From: Candidatus Lindowbacteria bacterium RIFCSPLOWO2_12_FULL_62_27
GTDB taxonomy: Bacteria; Lindowbacteria; 2-12-FULL-62-27
Direction of reading: 5' to 3'
Length of the DNA: 44,954 nt
NCBI GenBank assembly: GCA_001784175.1
Contig: MFPR01000040.1
Coordinates: 1-44,954, forward strand
Each line of letters begins with the position of its first letter. Position 1 is the first letter of the stretch. Positions 38,984 to 44,954 of this stretch are shown piece after piece. The notes below the pieces were generated by a model. That model saw only the letters and a program-made list of their open reading frames with translations, was not told the DNA's origin and did no database searches. A program made the translations under genes and the position numbers.

Positions 38984-40285
38984 ATGAACGATCGAACAGG
39001 AATCAGGATCGCGATTGCGTTTGTGGCGCTCGCCTCATGTCTCTTGCCTTGCGCCTACGCCGCGGCCGACAACACCAACATGGACATCCTGCATTTTGCC
39101 ACGCGGCTGCAGCGGTTCGATGAACTCGTGTTCAAACTCGAGCCCGGCGACAACAAACAGGCGCGCCTCATTCTCAAGGGTCTCGATGTCCTTTCCGGCG
39201 AGATCGCCGATTACAGGATTCGCAACAAGGTCAGCGCCGACCCCACGCTCGAATCCATTTCCCAGCGCATCAACAAACTCCGGCAGGACATTCTCAGAAT
39301 CGAGTCGGCCACGCCCGAAGAGGTCGAGAACGCTACGGCGCGCCAGGTCGAAGTCCTCAAAACGGTGTCATGGGACGTCGGGAATCTCGAAGACAAAGTT
39401 GCCCGGCTCGCCGGCGCCGGATACCGGCAGGAGGAAAAAACACGGATCCTTTCCGGTAAGACCCTCCCGGCCGTGGCGGAGGACATCGGCAAACATATGG
39501 AATTGATCGCGGACGGCCTGGCCCGCGTTTCCGAAGGCAACGCCATGATGTCCCAGATCCAGGAACGGCTCCTCGCCAATCCCGGCATCTACGGGTTCGA
39601 CGCCAAGCTCATCGACCGCCTCAACACCGACCGCCGGTCCCTCGACGACCTTCAGGCGATCCTGTCCCAGCGCCAGCATGAGTACACGTCCGTTCGGTCC
39701 GCCATCGAGGAACTGACATCGATTGATGACGAAATCCAGCTCTACCCCGCCAACTACGCACAGGCCATCGCCGATTTCCGCTCGCATCTCTATCTTTCCA
39801 GCCCCGAAGCCTTCTCGGCCGAAATGCGCCATGCGCATGGTAAACTTCAGCAGGCGGAAAAGATGATCGAAGAAGGCCGCCGGACCGAAGCCACCGTCCT
39901 TTTGGTCGAGTCCCGGGAGGCCTACGACAAATGGGCGCCGACGTACCAGAGAGCGGAGGAACTTTACCTCAATGCCAAGGGCGAGCATGACCGCACCGAC
40001 GCCTTGGGCGCCCGGCGCACGGCCCTCTACGCGTTCCTCTTCCAGACCCTCGCCGGCACCCTCCGCGACCCCTCGGCCCTCGAGCAGTCCGAATCCAAAG
40101 GCATGCGCAAATACCTCCGGGCGGTCGAGCCTCTCCACGACGATTTTGCGTTCCTCGTGGACCGCTACCAGACCGTCGCCGAAACCTGGGCCTACGTAGG
40201 AGGCGCCGGCCTCAAACAGCGCCTCCAGGCGCTCCTCCTCGACGCCCCGGCGGGCCTCGGTAAAACGCGCGTCGTCCAGAAATAA
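38984..40285 (+). CDS. Secreted alpha-helical/coiled-coil protein of unknown function (433 aa)
   Basis: Same frame as track ORF 38945..40285. ATG 38984 gives MNDRTGIRIAIAFVALASCLLPCAYA|AA (signal peptide). The body is L/E/A/R/Q-rich with amphipathic helices and GC-ending codons. No family recognised. Confidence 0.8.
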   Translation: MNDRTGIRIAIAFVALASCLLPCAYAAADNTNMDILHFATRLQRFDELVFKLEPGDNKQARLILKGLDVLSGEIADYRIRNKVSADPTLESISQRINKLRQDILRIESATPEEVENATARQVEVLKTVSWDVGNLEDKVARLAGAGYRQEEKTRILSGKTLPAVAEDIGKHMELIADGLARVSEGNAMMSQIQERLLANPGIYGFDAKLIDRLNTDRRSLDDLQAILSQRQHEYTSVRSAIEELTSIDDEIQLYPANYAQAIADFRSHLYLSSPEAFSAEMRHAHGKLQQAEKMIEEGRRTEATVLLVESREAYDKWAPTYQRAEELYLNAKGEHDRTDALGARRTALYAFLFQTLAGTLRDPSALEQSESKGMRKYLRAVEPLHDDFAFLVDRYQTVAETWAYVGGAGLKQRLQALLLDAPAGLGKTRVVQK

Positions 40286-40288
40286 AGG

Positions 40289-40308
40289 AATGTGACCAAG
40301 ATCACAAT
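40289..40308. promoter_or_regulatory. CRP/FNR-family-type operator (TGTGA-N6-TCACA)
   Basis: AA-TGTGA-CCAAGA-TCACA-AT (40291-40306). Both half-sites match the canonical CRP box exactly. It sits in the intergenic region upstream of 40438. Confidence 0.55.
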
Positions 40309-40316
40309 CTTTTCCC

Positions 40317-40344
40317 TTGCCTTGTCCCGGAAATAACTTAAAAT
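40317..40344 (+). promoter_or_regulatory. Candidate sigma70 promoter for the 40438 lipoprotein
   Basis: TTGCCT (40317-40322), N16, TAAAAT (40339-40344). Confidence 0.45.
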
Positions 40345-40437
40345 AAGGAAGGTAAACCTCGTTTCTCGTAAATATGGGATAGCATCAAGCTGATCGTTTT
40401 CGTCCAGAGGGGGCAACCGGGGTTTTGGGGATCGGTC

Positions 40438-41514
40438 ATGAATGCGCCGGGATTGAAAATCGATTGGCGCTTTGGGGTGGTTGGGGTACTTCTATCCGTG
40501 ACGGCCGCGTGTAGTCCTCTGTCCATGGGCTATACCCAGCGGCTCAAGCCTCTCCACATCGTCACCTATGCGACCACCGACAACAAGGTGCTCAAGAAAC
40601 GCGCCTATTTCGAGGACAATTACTCGAATGTCATCACGCTGACCGACTATGTCAAAGACGGGCTTCTTCCGTACGACGACCGCGATGGGATGGTCGATCA
40701 GATCAGCCTGGAGGTCTACAACCGCGGCCTTTTGATGGATTTCTTCGTTCAGGACGGGTCCATCTACTCGGACCATCTCCTGTTGCAGAAGGAGAAGTCC
40801 ATGGATGGCGTGAACATGGACGCCATCCGGGTACTGACTGAGAAGTTCGTGCATCAGAACGATTATGTGAAGACGGCCTCCGTCAAGACCGAATATGAAA
40901 TCGCGCTCCACCGGATCATCCCCGAACAGGCCCAGGCGGTCGTCGAAGTCGACGGGCAGCAGGAGAAGCTCCGGCAGGGCGTGCTGCAGAAAGTCGGCGG
41001 CGTCTATGTGCTGCTCGACAGGATCACGCGGTATGGCATCAAGGAATTCGACGACCGGCTCGATTCCGGGTTCGTCGTGGTCCGTATCGGCAACCAGGGC
41101 GTGCTCCTCCAGGCGGGCCAGCGGTCCAGGATCAGCATCGACCCCGCCCAGGCCGGCCGCAAGAAACTTCTCAAGACGGAGAAAACCAATTTCGTCTTCG
41201 TCGTCCACCGGCACGACGCTCCGGACCGCGCGCAGAGCGAACTCGAAGACATCTTCCACACGTTCCTGGTCGATCAGCCGGGCCACGAGCACGTCTGCTA
41301 CGACCGGATCGTCCGGGAGATGGACGCCGCATTTTCGTCAGACTCGAGCGCCGTCTCCGGATACAAGGTCGTCGAGGACCCCTTCGCCAAAGACCGCCCG
41401 GCCGGGTTTGCGGCCCAGGTCAAGGACCAGATCAAAACCCGCATGGGCGAACTCTACCAGTTCCTCTCCTCCCTCACCGGCCCCACCCTCGCCATCCGCG
41501 GCTTCGTTCGGTAG
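40438..41514 (+). CDS. Putative lipoprotein of unknown function (358 aa)
   Basis: Track ORF. N-terminus ...KIDWRFGVVGVLLSVTAA-C has a lipobox-like motif. Typical codon usage. No family recognised. Confidence 0.8.
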   Translation: MNAPGLKIDWRFGVVGVLLSVTAACSPLSMGYTQRLKPLHIVTYATTDNKVLKKRAYFEDNYSNVITLTDYVKDGLLPYDDRDGMVDQISLEVYNRGLLMDFFVQDGSIYSDHLLLQKEKSMDGVNMDAIRVLTEKFVHQNDYVKTASVKTEYEIALHRIIPEQAQAVVEVDGQQEKLRQGVLQKVGGVYVLLDRITRYGIKEFDDRLDSGFVVVRIGNQGVLLQAGQRSRISIDPAQAGRKKLLKTEKTNFVFVVHRHDAPDRAQSELEDIFHTFLVDQPGHEHVCYDRIVREMDAAFSSDSSAVSGYKVVEDPFAKDRPAGFAAQVKDQIKTRMGELYQFLSSLTGPTLAIRGFVR

Positions 41515-41527
41515 CGTGTAAGTTATT

Positions 41528-41560
41528 TCCCCCATTGAAAAGGGGGGATGAAGGGGGGTT
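41528..41560. repeat. Second REP-like C-run/G-run hairpin (could also act as a terminator or RNA stabiliser)
   Basis: TCCCCC-ATTGAAAAG-GGGGGA stem-loop followed by TGAAGGGGGGTT, 14 bp after the stop of 40438..41514. Same architecture and orientation as 31249-31286. Confidence 0.5.
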
Positions 41561-41621
41561 CAAGCTCGCTATTGCCCCCGCCGGGGTTTGCTGTCATGAT
41601 GCGCCGAAACGGAGGTTGTCC

Positions 41622-44600
41622 ATGTGGAGCCGCGCTGCCATTCGGTCGTTCATCCTGTGTGCGTTGATGTCCCTCGCGCCGCCTGTGTGGGCGGCCGAGG
41701 CGAAAATGTCGGTCATCGAGAAGTTCGAGACGGCGGAGGGCTGGACCAAATTCCAGGGCGACGGCGTGGGATTCGACATCGGTTCCGAGGAGGGCGTCGA
41801 AGGCCGCGCGCTGGCCCTCCGGTTTGATTTCACCGGCAACAAGGCCTTCGCCGTCGCCGGGAAAAAGATGCCGGTTCGGCTGCCTGAAAATTACAAGCTC
41901 ACCTTTTATGTCCGCGGGGACGCGCCCGACAACCATCTGGAGTTGAAGCTGGTGGACGCAGCCGGCAATGTCTTCTGGAAAAAATTTTCCGATTTTGCGT
42001 TTCCCAAAGACTGGAGGAAAATCTCCATTCTGAAGCGGGACATCACGTTCGCATGGGGACCTTCGAAATATGACGACCTCCGGGAGGTCGACCGGATGGA
42101 AGTCGGCGTTTCCTGCGGGAGCGGCGGGACGGGCGCCGTCTGGTTTGACGAGCTGACCCTGGTTGAACTGCCGGCGTCCCCGCCCGAACCGAAACCGGAC
42201 CTGCAGCGCGCCCGCGTCACGGCGTCGAGCGTTCAGGAGGACCGGTTCGGCGCGAAGGCCGCCATGGACGGTGATTTCGGCACGCGGTGGTCAAGCGGGT
42301 TCAACGACGCCGAATGGCTCGTCATCGATCTGGGCGAAATCCGCGATCTGGCGGGACTCACGATCTTCTGGGAAGCCGCCTTCGGCGAGGCGTACGATGT
42401 GCTGCTTTCGGAGGACGGCGATGTCTATCGAACCGTCCACACGGAAGCGCGGGGCGACGGAAACCGCGATCTCATCTTTTTCCGGAAACAGAACGCGAGA
42501 TTCATCAAAATCGCCGGCCGCCGGCGCGGGACGGCATGGGGATACTCGATCTTCGAGGTCCAGCCGGTATTTGGCGCGGTCGCGCCCGACATCACGGCGT
42601 CGTCCAATCCCCATGATGCCCCGGCCGCACTGGACGGCGACCCGCAAACCGTTTGGGCGGCCGGCAAAGGCGCCCGGCAGAGCCTGACGATCGATTTCAA
42701 AAAAAGTATGTCCCTCGGCGGTTTTTTCATCCGGCTGGGATCATCGCCCGTCGTCCGTCGGGTCGTATCGGTGTCGGACGACGGCGAATCCTGGGAGGAG
42801 GTCGTGTCCTCCAACCGCAGAGCGGCCGGGACCGATTACATTTTCATGCCCGCGACGGATGGGCGGTACTTCAAACTTGATCTCACTGCGACCGGTGGGC
42901 CGCCGGCCGTCGCCGACATCACGCTCAAAGGGCCGGAGGAGAAAAGCACGCCCCAGCGGATCCTCGAAATCGCGGCGCTGGAATCTCCCAGAGGCTCATA
43001 CCCGCGATGGCTCAGCAAACAACAGGAGTACTGGACGGTCGTGGGCGCCGTGGACGACGACCAGGAGAGCCTTCTGTCGGAGGACGGCGTGCTCGAACCG
43101 TGGCACCGGAGCCACACCGTCGCGCCGTTTCTGAAAATCAACGGGCGACTGCGGACGTACGCGGATGTCGAAACGGAACAAGAGCTCGCCGACGGGTATC
43201 TCCCGCTGCCCCGCGTTGTCTGGAAAAGCGTCGAGTGCGATTTGATCATCGAGGCCTTTGCGGCGGGCAGCGCCCAGAAAACGTCCACGTATCTGACGTA
43301 TACGGTCGTCAACAAAACGGCCGCGCCGCTCGCGGGGCAATTCTATCTCGCCATCCGGCCCCTGCAGGTCAATCCGCCCTGGATGCACGGCGGGCTGGCC
43401 GAAATCAGAACGATCGAATACGATCGCCTCAAGCCCGGATTCATGAGCCTGAACGGCCGCCCTGCTCTGTTCGTTCCGCGTCCCCCGGACACCTATGGGA
43501 CTGCGGCCTTCAAGAGCGCCGACCAGTACGGCGACATTGTCGAGGACATTCGAGCCGGCGCCCTGTCCGTGGGCGCCGACACGTTCAGCGATCCGCAGGG
43601 CTTGGGATCGGCCGCGCTCGAGTATGCGTTCAACATCGAACCGGGCGCGCGGGCGCAGTGGAATTTTGCGGTCCCGCTGCACGAGGAAAGCGAGATCGAT
43701 CCGGCCGGCGTCAGAGACGCCGGCACTTGGGGCGCCGGAGGCGCTGATCCGGCCGGCGATGTGGAGGCCGGACGGTCCGCCGTCCTGGAATTCTGGAGGG
43801 ACAAACTGAGCCGGATCCGGATCGAGTTGCCCGATACGGAATTCGTCCGGACACTTCAATCGAACATCGCCTACATCCTCATCAACGACGACCGGTTCCG
43901 GCTGCAGCCCGGATCGAGAAACTACGAAGCCTCCTGGATGCGCGATGGGTCGATCGCGGCCCAGGCGCTCCTCGCCATGGGTTACACCTCGGAGGTGGAA
44001 CGGTACCTGAACTGGATTTCCGGGTTTGTCGGCGCCGACGGATGGGTCCCGTTCATCGTCAGCAACACCGACAAGATCGAAACGCACGGCTGGAAGGAAT
44101 TCGACAGCCAGGGCCAGTACATCTTTGCGCTCCTTCAATATTATCTGTATACAAAGGACGAGCCGTTCCTGCGCGACAAGGCCGGCCGTATCGACAGCGA
44201 CGTCCAATTCATCAGGAACCTGCGGGCGGAGCGAAAGACGGCGGACTATGAGAAGCCGGACCAGCGCGAATTTTTCGGCCTGTTTCCGGAATCGGTCAGC
44301 CATGAGGGATACATCGATCCGCCGCGCCACAGTTACTGGGATTGCTTCTGGGGCGTGAGGGGACTGGAGGACGCGGCCCGGATTTTCCGGATTCTCGGGG
44401 ACGGCGAAAAAAGCAAACGGGCCGAGGAGGAGCGGCGTGACTTTCAAACCTGTTTGTACGAATCAATCGGGCGGGTGGTCGAGAAGAAGAAGATCGATTA
44501 CATGCCCGGCTGCGCGGAATTGGGCGATCCAGATCCTACCGCGTCGGCCGCCGCCCTCTGGCCCTGCGGCCAGCTTGGAAACCTCCCGCGGCCGCTGGCG

Positions 44601-44954
44601 CTCGCGACGTTCGAGCGGTACTGGACCGATCTTCAGAAGAGAGGCGATCCGAACTGGAAGGGCGGATTCACGCCCTACGAAATCCGGAACGCCAACGCCT
44701 ATCTGTTAACCGGGCAGGCGGACCGGGCGCACGCCATGCTGAAGAGATATTTCGAATGGAAGCGGCCGAGGGCGTGGAACCACTGGGCCGAGGTCGTCGT
44801 GTCGGACTACCGGCTCGCGCAGTATCTCGGCGACATGCCGCACACGTGGATCGGCGCGGAATTCGTCAACGGGGTCCGGAACATGCTGGTGATGGAGTCG
44901 GGGGACGCCCTGTATCTCGGCAAAGGCATTTGCAGAGAATGGGTCGAGCCGGGT
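41622..44954 (+). CDS. Secreted carbohydrate-active protein: CBM11/CIA30-like domain + two F5/8 type C (discoidin/CBM32-like) domains + six-hairpin (alpha/alpha)6 glycosidase-like domain; 3' end beyond the window
   Basis: GGAGGT SD at 41611-41616 and ATG 41622 give MWSRAAIRSFILCALMSLAPPVWA|AE. The frame is open for 1111 codons to the window end and is absent from the track. Domain motifs: 'GRALALRFDF...LTFYVRGDAPDNHLELKLVD...VWFDEL'; F5/8 motifs 'TASS...AAMDGDFGTRWSS...EWLVIDLG' and 'TASS...AALDGDPQTVW...LTIDF'; catalytic-type 'LQPGSRNYEASWMRDG', 'EFDSQGQY', 'PESVSHEGY...HSYWD', 'YLGDMPHTWIGAEF'. Confidence 0.88.
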   Translation, partial: MWSRAAIRSFILCALMSLAPPVWAAEAKMSVIEKFETAEGWTKFQGDGVGFDIGSEEGVEGRALALRFDFTGNKAFAVAGKKMPVRLPENYKLTFYVRGDAPDNHLELKLVDAAGNVFWKKFSDFAFPKDWRKISILKRDITFAWGPSKYDDLREVDRMEVGVSCGSGGTGAVWFDELTLVELPASPPEPKPDLQRARVTASSVQEDRFGAKAAMDGDFGTRWSSGFNDAEWLVIDLGEIRDLAGLTIFWEAAFGEAYDVLLSEDGDVYRTVHTEARGDGNRDLIFFRKQNARFIKIAGRRRGTAWGYSIFEVQPVFGAVAPDITASSNPHDAPAALDGDPQTVWAAGKGARQSLTIDFKKSMSLGGFFIRLGSSPVVRRVVSVSDDGESWEEVVSSNRRAAGTDYIFMPATDGRYFKLDLTATGGPPAVADITLKGPEEKSTPQRILEIAALESPRGSYPRWLSKQQEYWTVVGAVDDDQESLLSEDGVLEPWHRSHTVAPFLKINGRLRTYADVETEQELADGYLPLPRVVWKSVECDLIIEAFAAGSAQKTSTYLTYTVVNKTAAPLAGQFYLAIRPLQVNPPWMHGGLAEIRTIEYDRLKPGFMSLNGRPALFVPRPPDTYGTAAFKSADQYGDIVEDIRAGALSVGADTFSDPQGLGSAALEYAFNIEPGARAQWNFAVPLHEESEIDPAGVRDAGTWGAGGADPAGDVEAGRSAVLEFWRDKLSRIRIELPDTEFVRTLQSNIAYILINDDRFRLQPGSRNYEASWMRDGSIAAQALLAMGYTSEVERYLNWISGFVGADGWVPFIVSNTDKIETHGWKEFDSQGQYIFALLQYYLYTKDEPFLRDKAGRIDSDVQFIRNLRAERKTADYEKPDQREFFGLFPESVSHEGYIDPPRHSYWDCFWGVRGLEDAARIFRILGDGEKSKRAEEERRDFQTCLYESIGRVVEKKKIDYMPGCAELGDPDPTASAAALWPCGQLGNLPRPLALATFERYWTDLQKRGDPNWKGGFTPYEIRNANAYLLTGQADRAHAMLKRYFEWKRPRAWNHWAEVVVSDYRLAQYLGDMPHTWIGAEFVNGVRNMLVMESGDALYLGKGICREWVEPG

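Noticed and set aside
37963-39123. 386-aa plus-strand ORF rich in S/F/L/P
   Set aside because: It is antisense to the SpoVG-like lipoprotein, which has an SD, a promoter and recognisable domains. Its composition mirrors that gene's purine-rich codons.
42996-44447. 483-aa minus-strand ORF, and the similar 39368..40138 and 40492..41292 ORFs
   Set aside because: They are antisense shadows of well-supported plus-strand genes.

Overview
GC-rich bacterial DNA in which every gene appears to encode an exported or surface protein. About 70% of the window is one minus-strand gene of at least 10,400 codons (<1..31317). It is missing from the ORF track because it runs off the left edge without a stop. 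It encodes a signal-peptide-bearing, Ig/FlgD-like repeat surface protein with seven N-terminal Ca-loop repeats and six ~3.8-4.1 kb tandem units in the order B-B-B-A-B-A. Its upstream candidate start overlaps (ATGA) the stop of a 2,145-aa secreted protein that carries a two-HKD phospholipase-D/nuclease domain, FN3 repeats, a lamin-tail domain and five copies of an unrecognised 'PDGPGG' domain. Upstream, in an AT-rich patch, is a lipoprotein with two tandem SpoVG-like domains; SpoVG is normally a cytoplasmic nucleic-acid-binding protein. On the plus strand are a secreted helical protein, an unknown lipoprotein preceded by a CRP-type box, and a CBM/F5-8/six-hairpin glycosidase that is cut by the window edge and is also missing from the track. 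Two REP-like C/G-run hairpins are present. No rRNA, tRNA, CRISPR array or transposase was seen. Best candidate for an undescribed system (inference): a giant surface filament, an exported PLD nuclease and an exported SpoVG lipoprotein acting together in extracellular nucleic-acid capture or cell contact.
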